In this document: one piece after another, positions 1-9,931 of the stretch | Layout: each line of letters opens with the position of its first letter | Numbering within the stretch: position 1 is the first letter of the stretch | Assembly (NCBI GenBank): GCA_035288905.1 | Contig: DATDYZ010000001.1 | Location: forward strand, 19,172 to 83,171 | Reading direction: 5' to 3' | DNA: 64,000 nt | Source: Candidatus Anderseniibacteriota bacterium | GTDB lineage: Bacteria; Patescibacteriota; Andersenbacteria; UBA10190 | The notes under the pieces: generated by a model | Database searches by the model: none | The model's input: the letters and a program-made list of their open reading frames with translations, nothing else | What the model was told of the DNA's origin: nothing | Position numbers and translations under genes: made by a program

Positions 1-348
1 ATGGCTGATACTCCACAAAATGACGTAGTAGCTGAGGTAGTACCTCCTCGTATTCGCATAAAGCTGAAGGCGTACGATCATAAGCTTATTGATCAATCTG
101 CCAAGCAGATTATGGAAGCGGTAGAGCGGGACGGCGCAAAAGTCGCCGGCCCCACTCCGCTCCCGACGAGCAAGAAAAAGTACACGGTGAACCGTTCTAC
201 CTTTGTGCATAAAAATGCCAGAGATCAGTACGAGATCCGCGTACACAAGCGCTTGATCGATATTATTACATCAACTCCGCGTACGGTAGATACTCTTATG
301 AGCTTGAATCTCCCTGCAGGCGTGGACGTGTCGATGAAGACGGTGTAA
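1..348 (+). CDS. rpsJ: 30S ribosomal protein S10
   Basis: The protein carries typical S10 segments [11 protein letters not shown]...[19 protein letters not shown] and AGVDV. It sits at the head of the r-protein operon. Confidence 0.9.
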   Translation: MADTPQNDVVAEVVPPRIRIKLKAYDHKLIDQSAKQIMEAVERDGAKVAGPTPLPTSKKKYTVNRSTFVHKNARDQYEIRVHKRLIDIITSTPRTVDTLMSLNLPAGVDVSMKTV

Positions 349-351
349 GTG

Positions 352-413
352 TGTCATCCCGGGCTTGACCCGGGATCCACGCGTAGATTCCGGCTCACGG
401 GCCGGAATGACAG
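352..413. repeat. Family A palindromic repeat (GTCATCCCGGGCTTGACCCGGGATCC...CCGGAATGACA), MITE/REP-like with imperfect terminal inverted repeats
   Basis: Seen directly. It is near-identical to copies at 13558, 18531, 28450 and 47946, and has two internal GC-rich hairpins. Confidence 0.8.
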
Positions 414-428
414 GTTACTACCACTAAA

Positions 429-455
429 AACCTCGCATTATATGCGGGGTTTTTG
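429..455 (+). terminator. Rho-independent terminator-like hairpin after rpsJ and repeat A
   Basis: CCTCGCA-ttata-TGCGGGG followed by TTTTT. Confidence 0.5.
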
Positions 456-494
456 GCGTATATGACCTTCAGGAACCTACAACAATCTCGCTCT

Positions 495-523
495 TGACAG
501 AAGCGCTACTTTAGGTATATAAT
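495..523 (+). promoter_or_regulatory. Sigma70-like promoter
   Basis: TTGACA, 17-nt spacer, TATAAT. It lies upstream of the small ORFs inserted before rplC. Confidence 0.55.
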
Positions 524-589
524 AGTACGAGTGGCTGGTATAGGTTTACTAGCTTGGACGTTGAAAACCTGTCAAAGGATTAGTGTATC

Positions 590-967
590 ATGTGGGAAAT
601 TCTCCGTTATGTTGCTGTTGCGGCACTCTTGATTCCGATTGTATTTATGCTCTGTGCCATTGAGACCGGCATCAGAGAAAGGGCCTTGAAGTTCCGAGGG
701 TTGCTCGATCTCCCGACCGGGGTCGAGTTCGTCATGATCGACAGGTTCCAGGTTAGAGACACTAAATGTCTTATAACCAGGGCCAAGCGGCGATTATTAG
801 TACAAAATGACTATCTTGTTATCGACTGGGATGCTCTCCAACAAAACGAACATTTCGAGATCGTCAGAACTACAAAAGGAAGGGTGGTTAGAAAGATCGC
901 AGAGCAGCCGAAACAAGCGGTTGAATCCGATCCGTTCGGTCTGCTCGAGCAACTCGAGCGAGTCTAA
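590..967 (+). CDS. Hypothetical small membrane-anchored protein (N-terminal TM helix), inserted between rpsJ and rplC
   Basis: Long ORF with coding-like composition, an AAAGGA motif upstream and an N-terminal hydrophobic helix. I recognise no family for it. Confidence 0.45.
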   Translation: MWEILRYVAVAALLIPIVFMLCAIETGIRERALKFRGLLDLPTGVEFVMIDRFQVRDTKCLITRAKRRLLVQNDYLVIDWDALQQNEHFEIVRTTKGRVVRKIAEQPKQAVESDPFGLLEQLERV

Positions 968-1086
968 ATCCCGCGCAGGAAAAAGTATATTCAGAATTAC
1001 ACCGGCGATCTTTATTGATTGCCGGTTTTTTTATATGTAGAATATGTTGGGGCGGGTTACTGATTGTTTTTTTGAAAGGGATACGT

Positions 1087-1413
1087 ATGATAGTTGTTGG
1101 ATTCTTGTCTGGCTGTTTTATTGCTTTTCTACTCTTGCTCTTTTGGAGATGGTATTTTTACCGGGTGTGGCCTTGGGAAAAACTGCCGTTCGATGAGCGG
1201 TTTATCGTCTTGTGCCAGGAGAATATGGAGCATGTGTACTTGGTTCGACGAGTGGCAGTGAAGATGTTTCGTCGAAACAAGTTCGTAGTCAGGTTATCTG
1301 AAGCTATCCAGGTTGGGGCAGAGATATTGGTGCAGGATTTTCGAGGCATGCCCTGCCTCAAGATTTGTAAAAGGACGGTTGTCTTGGAAGGCTTCTCTGA
1401 TCCCTTTGAGTAG
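1087..1413 (+). CDS. Hypothetical small membrane protein (N-terminal TM, about 80-aa soluble tail)
   Basis: ORF with AAAGGGA 8 nt upstream of the ATG at 1087. The track ORF 1015..1413 is trimmed to the internal start. I recognise no family. Confidence 0.4.
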   Translation: MIVVGFLSGCFIAFLLLLFWRWYFYRVWPWEKLPFDERFIVLCQENMEHVYLVRRVAVKMFRRNKFVVRLSEAIQVGAEILVQDFRGMPCLKICKRTVVLEGFSDPFE

Positions 1414-1545
1414 AATACCGGCGGCGAGATTTTCACCAATCCCCGCCGTTTTATTTGCGTTTTTTGGGGAGATGTTCTATCTTAAGAAATACCCGTGCTC
1501 GGGACTTAAGTTTTTTGTTTATAGGACACATGCTAATTTCGTATT

Positions 1546-2118
1546 ATGAAAGCTCTTCTCGGTCGAAAAGTTGGTATGTCTCAGGTATTTTCTCCTAACG
1601 GAGATGTTGTTCCCGTTACCTTAATTTCTGCTTTTCCGAATACTATTACGATTCGTCGTACTATAGAAAAAGATGGATATGCAGCTGTGCAGCTTGCCCT
1701 TCCCAAAAAAGATGATTCTAAACTATTTGCTGTCCGTAAGGAATTTCATGGGGAAATGCCTGCGGACGTTTCTGTTGTAGGGGTTGATCAGTTTGCAGAA
1801 GGCGATGCAATTGAAGTTACGGGTGTTTCAAAAGGAAAAGGGTATGCCGGAGTGGTGAAGCGTCATCACTTTAAAGGAGGGCCGAAGAGTCACGGCCACA
1901 GGCACGTACTTCGCAGACCCGGTTCTATTGGATCACGATTTCCCCAGCATGTAATGAAAGGTATGCGCATGGCAGGGAGAATGGGGTCTGATCAAGTAAC
2001 GGTGAAGAATTTAGAAATTGTGAAAATAGACACCGAACATAACGTGATTGCGGTAAAAGGAGCTGTGCCTGGGCGCAAGGGCGGCGTTGTTGAGATTCTT
2101 GGCATTGGAAAGAAATAA
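1546..2118 (+). CDS. rplC: 50S ribosomal protein L3
   Basis: L3 motifs: KVGMSQVF at the N-terminus and the FKGGPKSHG loop. Operon position fits. Confidence 0.95.
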   Translation: MKALLGRKVGMSQVFSPNGDVVPVTLISAFPNTITIRRTIEKDGYAAVQLALPKKDDSKLFAVRKEFHGEMPADVSVVGVDQFAEGDAIEVTGVSKGKGYAGVVKRHHFKGGPKSHGHRHVLRRPGSIGSRFPQHVMKGMRMAGRMGSDQVTVKNLEIVKIDTEHNVIAVKGAVPGRKGGVVEILGIGKK

Positions 2119-2121
2119 GCT

Positions 2122-2802
2122 ATGAAAACAGTTTCTGATAAAAAGAACAACCCCGTAAAATCCCGTACTGATGTACGTGATCACGGGGCTACGCTCCCTG
2201 TGCGAACTCTTGATAAAGAGTCTAAAAAAGATGGAGTTGATGTCCCTGCATTTTTTACAGAAGCTCTGCCAATTCTCATTGCTCGCGCTATACACACTAC
2301 GCATAAACGAATGCGTATTCGTCGTGCACACACGAAAGATCGTTCTGAGGTACGAGGTGGCGGTCGCAAGCCATGGAAACAAAAAGGAACCGGTAGGTCT
2401 CGTCATGGTTCTAGTCGTTCACCTCTTTGGGCTGGCGGTGGCATTACGTTTGGGCCACGAAGTCGCAAAACTACTATTAAGAAAACACAGCTGAAAGAAC
2501 GAAGACGTGCTCTTGCTGGTGCATTCGCAATGCATGTAAAAAATAATTCCCTGTCTTTGTTGCAGCTTTCTGAGAAGATGCCCGTAAAGACGAAAGACAT
2601 GGCAAAGCATACAAAAGATGTACGTTCAGTCCTTATTGTCGTTGATGATTCTCATCGCGCTTTAGAAAAAGTAACTGCAAATATCCCAACTATTCGTGTT
2701 CGCTACGCATCAAGTGTTACTCCTAAGGATATTCTAGAAGCGCAGGCAGTGTGGGTCGATATCGCTTCCATGAAGATACTTGAAGTTCGTTGCTCACTCT
2801 AA
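2122..2802 (+). CDS. rplD: 50S ribosomal protein L4
   Basis: GGGRKPWKQKGTGRSRHGS and SPLWAGGGITFGPRSR motifs. Confidence 0.93.
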   Translation: MKTVSDKKNNPVKSRTDVRDHGATLPVRTLDKESKKDGVDVPAFFTEALPILIARAIHTTHKRMRIRRAHTKDRSEVRGGGRKPWKQKGTGRSRHGSSRSPLWAGGGITFGPRSRKTTIKKTQLKERRRALAGAFAMHVKNNSLSLLQLSEKMPVKTKDMAKHTKDVRSVLIVVDDSHRALEKVTANIPTIRVRYASSVTPKDILEAQAVWVDIASMKILEVRCSL

Positions 2803-2809
2803 TATTACT

Positions 2810-3211
2810 ATGTCTTTACTTACACTCTCAAAACGAATACTCGGAAAAAACACAAAATCTTCTGAAGTTAAAAAGAAGAAAATTTCTGCCGCCGCCCTTC
2901 GAAAATCTCAGGGTAAACAACAAGTAGATACACAAGCACTTACGACCGGAGCAATTGGTCTTGCGGAAGTTGTTTCTGAAAAGGGCATTAAGCAGCAATT
3001 GCACGGGACGGTTGTGTTTACGGTGTTGCCCCATGTAACAAAGACGCAGATTTCTGCTGCTATTGAGTCCAGGTTCGGCGTGAAGGTAAAAAGTGTTCGA
3101 ACTTCTCTTTCTCATCCAAAAACGAAGCGACGTGGTGTTACAGAAGGAAAAACAAATCGCTTCAAGAAAGCGTATGTGAGCGTTGATAATGTTCAGAAGC
3201 TTGTAAAGTAA
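2810..3211 (+). CDS. rplW: 50S ribosomal protein L23 (N-terminally extended)
   Basis: L23-like C-terminal region in the correct operon position. The start is trimmed to the ATG after the rplD stop. It is longer than typical bacterial L23. Confidence 0.8.
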   Translation: MSLLTLSKRILGKNTKSSEVKKKKISAAALRKSQGKQQVDTQALTTGAIGLAEVVSEKGIKQQLHGTVVFTVLPHVTKTQISAAIESRFGVKVKSVRTSLSHPKTKRRGVTEGKTNRFKKAYVSVDNVQKLVK

Positions 3212-3219
3212 ATTCTCCT

Positions 3220-4062
3220 ATGCCTATTAAAAACTACAAACCAAATCGCGCAGCACGAAAGAATATGTCTATTGTGGATCGTGCAGAACTATACAAAGGG
3301 GAACCACTCAAGTCTTCTCTTTCTTCTAAGCATGCAACCAGTGGCCGAGGATCCGCAGGAAAAATTACAACGCGTCACCGTGGAGGTGGAGTGAAGCGGC
3401 GTCTTCGTGAGATAGCGTTGGGGCAAGAAAAGATTGGAATTGCTGGTACGGTGGAACATGTTGAATTTGATCCGAATCGCAGTGCGTATTTGGCACGTAT
3501 TGTATATGTTGATGGAGATCGCAATTATGTGTTGGCGTGGCAGGGCGCAAAAGAAGGCGACCAAATCATCACAAATGAAAAGACCATTGAAAAAGAAGGG
3601 AATCGCATGAAGCTTGCAAACATCACTCCTGGAGTATTCGTATTTAACGTTGAGATTAAACCAGGACGTGGCGGGGCATTCTTTAGGTCAGCAGGCTCAT
3701 ATGGCGTTTTAATGGACGTGCAAGGGGAATATGCGCAGCTTCGCATGCCATCAAGCGAGATCCGCTTGATTTCGGGGCAATCGTATGCCACAATAGGCCA
3801 GGTCAGTAACCCCGATTGGCGTCTACAACGCATTGGGTCAGCTGGAAGGAATCGTCGCCTGGGGATGCGTCCTCAAGTTCGCGGTAAAGCAATGAACCCG
3901 GTAGATCATCCGCACGGCGGTGGTGAAGGCAATCAGAGCGTTGGAATGAAATATCCAAAGACTCCTTGGGGTAAACACGCATTGGGAGTGAAAACACGTC
4001 AGCCAGGAAAATATTCAGATATGTTTATCGTAGAGAGAAGGAAGAATAAACGTAAGAAATAA
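3220..4062 (+). CDS. rplB: 50S ribosomal protein L2
   Basis: GRNxxGxITxRHRGGG, PNRSAYLARIVY and HPHGGGEG motifs. Confidence 0.95.
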   Translation: MPIKNYKPNRAARKNMSIVDRAELYKGEPLKSSLSSKHATSGRGSAGKITTRHRGGGVKRRLREIALGQEKIGIAGTVEHVEFDPNRSAYLARIVYVDGDRNYVLAWQGAKEGDQIITNEKTIEKEGNRMKLANITPGVFVFNVEIKPGRGGAFFRSAGSYGVLMDVQGEYAQLRMPSSEIRLISGQSYATIGQVSNPDWRLQRIGSAGRNRRLGMRPQVRGKAMNPVDHPHGGGEGNQSVGMKYPKTPWGKHALGVKTRQPGKYSDMFIVERRKNKRKK

Positions 4063-4074
4063 CATTTTATTAAT

Positions 4075-4404
4075 ATGTCTCGATCACTCAAAAAAGGACC
4101 ATTTATTGACCAGCATCTTCTTGATAAAATCAAGAATCTTGCGAGTGGAAGCAAAACGATTATCAAGACATGGTCTCGTAGATCTACGATCTTTCCTGAG
4201 ATGGTCGGGTTTCGTTTTGGTGTACATAACGGCAAAGATCATATTACTGTTCTTGTAACAGAAGACATGGTTGGTCATAAGCTTGGTGAGTTTGCTTCTA
4301 CTCGAAAATTTGTTCGTCATGGTGGAAAGCTTCAAAAAGAAGTGGAAACAGCGAAGGCTGCCTCCTCCGCTACCACCGCTGATGCTTCGGCGGGTAAAAA
4401 ATAA
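4075..4404 (+). CDS. rpsS: 30S ribosomal protein S19 (with C-terminal Ala/Ser-rich extension)
   Basis: [12 protein letters not shown]..., [25 protein letters not shown]. Confidence 0.92.
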   Translation: MSRSLKKGPFIDQHLLDKIKNLASGSKTIIKTWSRRSTIFPEMVGFRFGVHNGKDHITVLVTEDMVGHKLGEFASTRKFVRHGGKLQKEVETAKAASSATTADASAGKK

Positions 4405-4413
4405 AGATTTTTT

Positions 4414-5031
4414 ATGCAAATATCTGCTACACAAAAACATACGCGCATGTCTCCAAGAAAACTGCGTCCGTACGCTCGCATGATTCAGGGTATGTCGGCA
4501 CAAGAGGCACAAAATCAGTTGACTCTGGCAGTAGGGAAGGCACCGGTAATAATTCTTGAAGTACTCAAGAGCGCAATTGCCAACGCTACACACAATGCAA
4601 AAATTCCTGTATCAGATTTAAAGGTTGCAAGTATTCTCGTAAATCAAGGGCTTGTTATGAAGCGTTTTATGCCCGCGGCCAAAGGAATGGCGCATCCTAT
4701 TTTAAAGCGCACGGCGCATGTTACGGTTATAGTTAGTGGCGACCCAGCCGTCGCTAAAGCTAAGGCGGGCAAGGTGCAAAATAAAGATGTAATTAAGACA
4801 GTTACTGCTGACCAGTTTGTAGCTTCGGAGCAAAAAGAAGCTAAGAAAGAAGCAACCCTTCGACAGGCTCAGGGTGAAGAGCTTTCTGAGCAGCATCTAG
4901 AAAAACATGAAACAGAGGAACGAAGTGTTGAAACGACTCTTGATAAGCAAGGTCAGGCATTTCAAAAAATAAAGATGAATCAAAAAGGTGCAGACAAGAA
5001 AAAGACGCATCGAAGAAAGAGTATCGGATAA
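4414..5031 (+). CDS. rplV: 50S ribosomal protein L22 with about 85-aa K/E-rich C-terminal extension
   Basis: L22 core (SPRKLRPYARMIQGMSAQEA...) followed by a low-complexity charged tail. Confidence 0.9.
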   Translation: MQISATQKHTRMSPRKLRPYARMIQGMSAQEAQNQLTLAVGKAPVIILEVLKSAIANATHNAKIPVSDLKVASILVNQGLVMKRFMPAAKGMAHPILKRTAHVTVIVSGDPAVAKAKAGKVQNKDVIKTVTADQFVASEQKEAKKEATLRQAQGEELSEQHLEKHETEERSVETTLDKQGQAFQKIKMNQKGADKKKTHRRKSIG

Positions 5032-5050
5032 TAACAAACACACTATTTCT

Positions 5051-5797
5051 ATGGGACGAAAAACAAATCCAATTATATTACGAGTCGGAAACATCCTCCA
5101 TAACTGGGATGCGAAGTGGTTTTCAGATAGCAAAAAAGATTTTCGTCATAACATTATACAAGATATTAAAATTCGAAATTACTTGAAGAAAAATTTGCGT
5201 GCAGCGTCTATTTCACGTGTTGAATTTGTACGCCAAGCCCGAGAGACCGTTCTTACTATTCATACCTCTCGACCAGCAGTAGTGATTGGACGTGGAGGGT
5301 CTGGGATTGAGAAAATACAGAAAGATTTTCAAAAAATGTTTGGAAAAACGACGAAGTTCCGTATTAACGTACAAGAAATACGCAACCCAGACACTGACGC
5401 CAGCGCAGTTGCAACACAGGTTGCTGACCAAATTGAGCGAAGAATGCCATATAGACGAGTACTGAAGCAATCCGTTCAACGTTCGCTCCAGGCTGGTGCA
5501 CGAGGAATTCGTATTGCAGTTGCAGGACGCCTAAATGGTGCAGATATTGCGCGTAGGGAGTGGCTTGCAGAGGGTAGTGTTCCATTACACACCTTCCGAG
5601 CGGATATTTCGTATGCAGAGCGTACAGCTCATACAACGTTTGGTGCAATTGGTGTGAAGGTATGGATTAATAGGGGGGAATATGAAATTGAAAAGGAAGA
5701 ACGTCCGGGTGAAACGATTGGCGAAACAAAGCAGGCAAAACCAGCTCCAAGACGCCGTGCTTCGCTTTCTGAAAAAGTTGCCCCAAGTGCAACATAA
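5051..5797 (+). CDS. rpsC: 30S ribosomal protein S3
   Basis: MGRKTNPIILRVG N-terminus and a KH domain. Start trimmed from track ORF 4988 to the ATG after the rplV stop. Confidence 0.92.
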   Translation: MGRKTNPIILRVGNILHNWDAKWFSDSKKDFRHNIIQDIKIRNYLKKNLRAASISRVEFVRQARETVLTIHTSRPAVVIGRGGSGIEKIQKDFQKMFGKTTKFRINVQEIRNPDTDASAVATQVADQIERRMPYRRVLKQSVQRSLQAGARGIRIAVAGRLNGADIARREWLAEGSVPLHTFRADISYAERTAHTTFGAIGVKVWINRGEYEIEKEERPGETIGETKQAKPAPRRRASLSEKVAPSAT

Positions 5798-5805
5798 ACC
5801 ATCCT

Positions 5806-6216
5806 ATGTCTTTTATTCCACGCAAAGTAAAACATCGCAAACACCAGAAGGGTTCTGTTCGTGGTGTTTCAAAAGGTGCGCTTACCATTGACTTTGGTCA
5901 GTATGGATTAAAGGCTATGGAAAGCAGATGGGTTTCTGCGCGTCAATTAGAAGCCGCGCGTCGTGCTGTTACTCGCCATGCAAAACGCAATGGAAAAATC
6001 TGGATCCGTGTATTCCCCGATAAGCCAATTACTGCAAAGGGACAGGAACTTCCTATGGGAAAAGGGAAGGGTTCTGTGGATCATTTTGTTGCAGTTGTGC
6101 ACCGTGGAAGAATTATGTTTGAGGTAGACGGTATGGATGAAAAAACTGCTCGGGAGGGGTTGCAATTAGCAGCTCAGAAGCTTCCATTGAAGACAAAATT
6201 TGTTGCTAAAATATAA
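5806..6216 (+). CDS. rplP: 50S ribosomal protein L16
   Basis: PRKVKHRKHQKG...RWVSARQLEAARRA... Confidence 0.95.
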   Translation: MSFIPRKVKHRKHQKGSVRGVSKGALTIDFGQYGLKAMESRWVSARQLEAARRAVTRHAKRNGKIWIRVFPDKPITAKGQELPMGKGKGSVDHFVAVVHRGRIMFEVDGMDEKTAREGLQLAAQKLPLKTKFVAKI

Positions 6217-6222
6217 CGGCCT

Positions 6223-6414
6223 ATGAACATACTTGAACTCAAACAATTATCGAAAGAGGAATTAGCACAGCGGCTCCTGGAGAGTCGTCAGAAACTGCAC
6301 CATGTTCACGAAGAAGTGGCATCCGGTAAAGATAAAAATCATGCGCAAATGGGGGTTCTCCGCAAGGACATTGCTCGGATTAAGACTTGCATTTCTGACA
6401 AAAATAATTCATAG
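6223..6414 (+). CDS. rpmC: 50S ribosomal protein L29
   Basis: Small helical protein (ELKQLSKEELAQRLLESRQKL) in the L29 position. Confidence 0.85.
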   Translation: MNILELKQLSKEELAQRLLESRQKLHHVHEEVASGKDKNHAQMGVLRKDIARIKTCISDKNNS

Positions 6415-6423
6415 TATATTCTT

Positions 6424-6699
6424 ATGAAATCTTCCCAGCCAAATGAGACACCAAGACGCAAGCGAGAGCTTACAGGTGTTGTTGTGCGCAAATCCGGACT
6501 CAAGACGGTTGCTGTTGAGATTGTGCGTGTACTGGCGCATCCATTATATGGAAAGCGCATTAAGCATACGAAGCGGTATTTAGCACACGATGAGAGCAAT
6601 GCGATAGCAGTTGGCGATGCGGTAACAATTCAAGAATCACGCCCTCTTTCAGCTCGGAAGCGTTGGGTTGTTATGCCACAGAAAGGAAAGGCACTATGA
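6424..6699 (+). CDS. rpsQ: 30S ribosomal protein S17
   Basis: [19 protein letters not shown]...HDE.N...GD.V.I.E.RPLS.KRW. Confidence 0.9.
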   Translation: MKSSQPNETPRRKRELTGVVVRKSGLKTVAVEIVRVLAHPLYGKRIKHTKRYLAHDESNAIAVGDAVTIQESRPLSARKRWVVMPQKGKAL

Positions 6700-7067
6700 T
6701 TCAGGAAGAATCCAAATTAATGATTGCTGATAACTCGGGAGGCAAAATGATTAAAGTTATTCGTGTACTGGGTTCCACTCACCGCAGATATGCATACATC
6801 GGTGATACCGTTGTGGCTGCTGTAAAAGTTGCAGAGCCTCGAGCAACTGTAAAAAAAGGTGACGTTGTACGCGCCGTTATTGTTCGGGTTCGGAAGGAAC
6901 ATAAGCGTCCAGACGGCACTGCTATTCGGTTTGACGATAACGCAGCAGTGATTGTGGGCAAGGAATCCAAAGAACCCGTTGGTACACGCGTATTTGGCCC
7001 GATAGCACGAGAACTTCGAACAAAGGGATTCCAGAAAATCGTATCTTTAGCATCCGAGGTTTGGTAA
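6696..7067 (+). CDS. rplN: 50S ribosomal protein L14
   Basis: [17 protein letters not shown]... The ATGA start overlaps the rpsQ stop. Trimmed from track ORF 6663. Confidence 0.93.
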   Translation: MIQEESKLMIADNSGGKMIKVIRVLGSTHRRYAYIGDTVVAAVKVAEPRATVKKGDVVRAVIVRVRKEHKRPDGTAIRFDDNAAVIVGKESKEPVGTRVFGPIARELRTKGFQKIVSLASEVW

Positions 7068-7072
7068 TTCCT

Positions 7073-7393
7073 ATGGCATCACTACAAAAAATTAAACAAG
7101 GCGATACCGTGCGGATTCTTCGCGGAAAAGATGCGGGCAAAAAGGGTAAGGTTATGGCGGTATTGCCAAAACTTGAAACTCTTGTTGTGGAAGGATTAAA
7201 CATGGTAAAGAAACATGTGAAGGCAAAAAGTGGCGGGCAAAAAGGCCAACGGGTTAGTATTGCAGCTCCGCTTCGTGTTGCGAATGTTCAACTGGTTTGT
7301 ACGCAATGCAAAAAAGGTACTCGTGTTGGTATATCTCGAGAAAACGGCGTTCGAAGCAGAATGTGCAAGCATTGTAAGGCAATAATCGAATAA
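7073..7393 (+). CDS. rplX: 50S ribosomal protein L24
   Basis: KIKQGDTVRILRGKDAGKKGKV KOW motif. Start trimmed to the ATG after the rplN stop. Confidence 0.88.
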   Translation: MASLQKIKQGDTVRILRGKDAGKKGKVMAVLPKLETLVVEGLNMVKKHVKAKSGGQKGQRVSIAAPLRVANVQLVCTQCKKGTRVGISRENGVRSRMCKHCKAIIE

Positions 7394-7403
7394 TACTTAC
7401 TCT

Positions 7404-7946
7404 ATGCCTATTATTACTCCTACAACAAAGAAATTAGCTACATCTCTTGGTATTAAAAATATCCACGCCGTTCCTCGCATTACAAAAGCAATTGTTACGG
7501 TTGGTGTTGGTAAAAATCGGGATAACAAGACGTATATTGAAGCTGTACAAAAAGATCTTGCTGTTATTACCGGACAAAAACCGAGTGAGCGAAGAGCAAA
7601 AAAATCTATTGCTGGTTTTAACGTTCGAGAGGGAAACCTGGTCGGTTATAGCGTGACGCTTCGAGGGAAGCGTATGGAAGACTTTCTCGCTCGATTTGTT
7701 GGTACGGTGCTTCCTCGTATTCGTGACTTCCGTGGTCTTTCCTTGTCTGTATTAGACGGTCAGGGAAATGTAAGTATTGGGCTTACCGAACACTTGGCAT
7801 TTCCTGAAATCCGTGCTGATAAGACAGACGTTATCTTTGGGGTAGGGGTTACATTTGTAACAACTGCTACAGAGAATGAAACAGCTGAAAAGATGTTCCG
7901 GGCGCTCGGGTTCCCGTTCCGATCAGAAGAACTTGAAGAAGAATAA
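7404..7946 (+). CDS. rplE: 50S ribosomal protein L5
   Basis: L5 signature ...[30 protein letters not shown]... Confidence 0.93.
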   Translation: MPIITPTTKKLATSLGIKNIHAVPRITKAIVTVGVGKNRDNKTYIEAVQKDLAVITGQKPSERRAKKSIAGFNVREGNLVGYSVTLRGKRMEDFLARFVGTVLPRIRDFRGLSLSVLDGQGNVSIGLTEHLAFPEIRADKTDVIFGVGVTFVTTATENETAEKMFRALGFPFRSEELEEE

Positions 7947-7972
7947 GAACTAGCGTACTCTTCATTACTTAT

Positions 7973-8158
7973 ATGGCAAAAACATCACAAATCGCAAAAA
8001 GCAAACGAGAACCCAAGTTTTCATCTCGGGCAAGGTCTCGCTGCAAGCTGTGTGGGCGCCCAAGGGGCTACATGCGCGCGTTTGATATGTGCCGGATTTG
8101 TTTTAGGGAAAGTGCCGAAAAGGCGCATATTCCAGGTATTAGAAAGTCATCTTGGTAA
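7973..8158 (+). CDS. rpsZ: 30S ribosomal protein S14 type Z (zinc ribbon)
   Basis: 61 aa with CxxC...CxxC (CKLCGRP...CRIC). Confidence 0.88.
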   Translation: MAKTSQIAKSKREPKFSSRARSRCKLCGRPRGYMRAFDMCRICFRESAEKAHIPGIRKSSW

Positions 8159-8162
8159 TTCT

Positions 8163-8549
8163 ATGGATACTGTAGGAAATACATTAACGATACTGCTCAA
8201 CGGCCAAAGGGTCGGGAAAAAACGGGTTGCTGTTCCTTTTTCGCGCTTCACGCAGAGCTTGCTTTCCTTTATGAAAGAACAAAAGCTTATTGGCGATATT
8301 CGAGTACAGGAAAGTCCGAAGTCTAAGCTTATTGTTTCTCTTGCGTATAACGAAGCAGGGAAGGGTGTAATTAGTGGATCAAACAGAATCAGCAAGCCTG
8401 GCAGGCGGGTGTATGTAGGTGCTGATCGTTTACCTTATTCACGCCAAGAAGCAGGTATGATTATCGTCTCTACTCCGGAAGGATTAATGGATGAGAAGCG
8501 AGCTCGTGGAAAAGGAATCGGCGGCGAACTTATTTGTGCTATTTGGTAA
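8163..8549 (+). CDS. rpsH: 30S ribosomal protein S8
   Basis: MDTVGNTLTILLNG... and a C-terminal STPEG motif. Trimmed from track ORF 8052. Confidence 0.92.
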   Translation: MDTVGNTLTILLNGQRVGKKRVAVPFSRFTQSLLSFMKEQKLIGDIRVQESPKSKLIVSLAYNEAGKGVISGSNRISKPGRRVYVGADRLPYSRQEAGMIIVSTPEGLMDEKRARGKGIGGELICAIW

Positions 8550-8556
8550 CATCTCT

Positions 8557-9099
8557 ATGTCACGTATCGGCAAACAATCTATTGCAATCCCCTCTGGCGT
8601 CACGGCAACCGTGGACGGCGAGCTTGTACACGTAAAAGGCCCAAAAGGCAGTCTTACTATTACGGTGCATCCTGACATTGCAGTTAGTGTTTCCGAAAAC
8701 ATTTTGGAATGTTCTATTGCTCATAAAACAAAAAAATCTGCAGCTCTGTGGGGTACGATGCGTGCTATTCTTGCCAATGCAGTAACAGGTGTGCATGAAG
8801 GGTTTACAAAAAAGCTTGAATTACAAGGGGTTGGGTACCGCGCATCCCTGCAAGGGAAAAACATCCAACTGCTTGTAGGATATTCGCACCCTGTTCTTAT
8901 TGAAGCGCCGGAGGGAATATCGTTTGCAGTAGAAAAAGAAATTATTACTGTTACGGGATTTGACGCGTACGCAGTTGGCCAAGTAGCTGCGAATATTCGC
9001 AAAGTTCGTCCGCCAGAACCGTATAAAGGAAAAGGTATCCGGTACCTTGGTGAGCATGTACGTCGCAAAGTTGGTAAGGTTGTTGGTTCAACGTCATAA
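8557..9099 (+). CDS. rplF: 50S ribosomal protein L6
   Basis: MSRIGKQSIAIPSGV... with two L6 repeats. Trimmed from track ORF 8491. Confidence 0.92.
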   Translation: MSRIGKQSIAIPSGVTATVDGELVHVKGPKGSLTITVHPDIAVSVSENILECSIAHKTKKSAALWGTMRAILANAVTGVHEGFTKKLELQGVGYRASLQGKNIQLLVGYSHPVLIEAPEGISFAVEKEIITVTGFDAYAVGQVAANIRKVRPPEPYKGKGIRYLGEHVRRKVGKVVGSTS

Positions 9100-9114
9100 T
9101 ACTTTTTTACTCCT

Positions 9115-9450
9115 ATGAATCCAGTAAATCGCAAAAAACGTCATAAAAAAATCCGATCCCAAATGATTGGCAGCGCATCTCGTCCACGAGCATGTGTGTT
9201 TCGTAGCGCGCGTGGAATGGAAGTGCAGATTATTGACGACGCAAAAGGAGTTACTATTCTTTCTTCTCATATGATTGCAACAAAAAAGCTGAACAAAACA
9301 CAGCTTGCGCAGGATATGGGAAAGACACTGGCGACAGAAGCAAAAAAGAAAGGCATTACGAGTATTGTCTTTGACCGTGGAGGGTATATGTATCATGGAA
9401 GAGTAAAGGCACTCGCAGAAGCGATGCGTGAGGGTGGACTTTTGTTTTAA
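9115..9450 (+). CDS. rplR: 50S ribosomal protein L18
   Basis: [10 protein letters not shown]...[20 protein letters not shown]. Confidence 0.9.
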   Translation: MNPVNRKKRHKKIRSQMIGSASRPRACVFRSARGMEVQIIDDAKGVTILSSHMIATKKLNKTQLAQDMGKTLATEAKKKGITSIVFDRGGYMYHGRVKALAEAMREGGLLF

Positions 9451-9467
9451 TACGGAACTATTTATTT

Positions 9468-9920
9468 ATGGCATACGGACCACAATCAATTGAAGATAAC
9501 CAGTTTGCACACGAAGTGCTGGAAATTTCTCGCGTCGTGCGAGTGGTTAAAGGTGGTCGTAGGTTTCGGTTTCGGGCCAGTGTTGTAGTTGGTGATCGCG
9601 CAGGTAAAATAGGATTTGGAATTAGTAAAAGTAAAGACGTTCAACAAGCAATTGCCAAAGCACAGGCGCAAGCCATGAAGAAAATTGTTACAATTCCTAT
9701 TGTTGATGGAACAATTGGCCACGAAGTTATTGCAAAGTTTAAAGGTGCAAAAGTATTGCTGAAGCCAGCAAGACCAGGAACAGGAGTTATTGCAGGTGGA
9801 ATTATCCGTACCGTTGCAGATTTAGCAGGTATTAAGGATTTAGTATCGAAGCGATATGGTTCTGTAAACCGCATTAGCAATGCTCGTGCTACAATTAAGG
9901 CATTAGTTGCCAGCGCATAA
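9468..9920 (+). CDS. rpsE: 30S ribosomal protein S5
   Basis: RVVKGGRRFRFRA.VVVGD..G.IGFG. Confidence 0.93.
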   Translation: MAYGPQSIEDNQFAHEVLEISRVVRVVKGGRRFRFRASVVVGDRAGKIGFGISKSKDVQQAIAKAQAQAMKKIVTIPIVDGTIGHEVIAKFKGAKVLLKPARPGTGVIAGGIIRTVADLAGIKDLVSKRYGSVNRISNARATIKALVASA

Positions 9921-9931
9921 TATATTTTTCT

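Noticed and set aside
8052-8162. Long N-terminal extensions of the track ORFs for rpsH, rplF, rpsC, rplN, eno, fba, tpiA, hldA, hldC, gmhA, rfbD and map
   Set aside because: Each extension overlaps the preceding gene and contains no conserved sequence. An internal ATG directly after the upstream stop, often ATGA-coupled, gives the canonical N-terminus.
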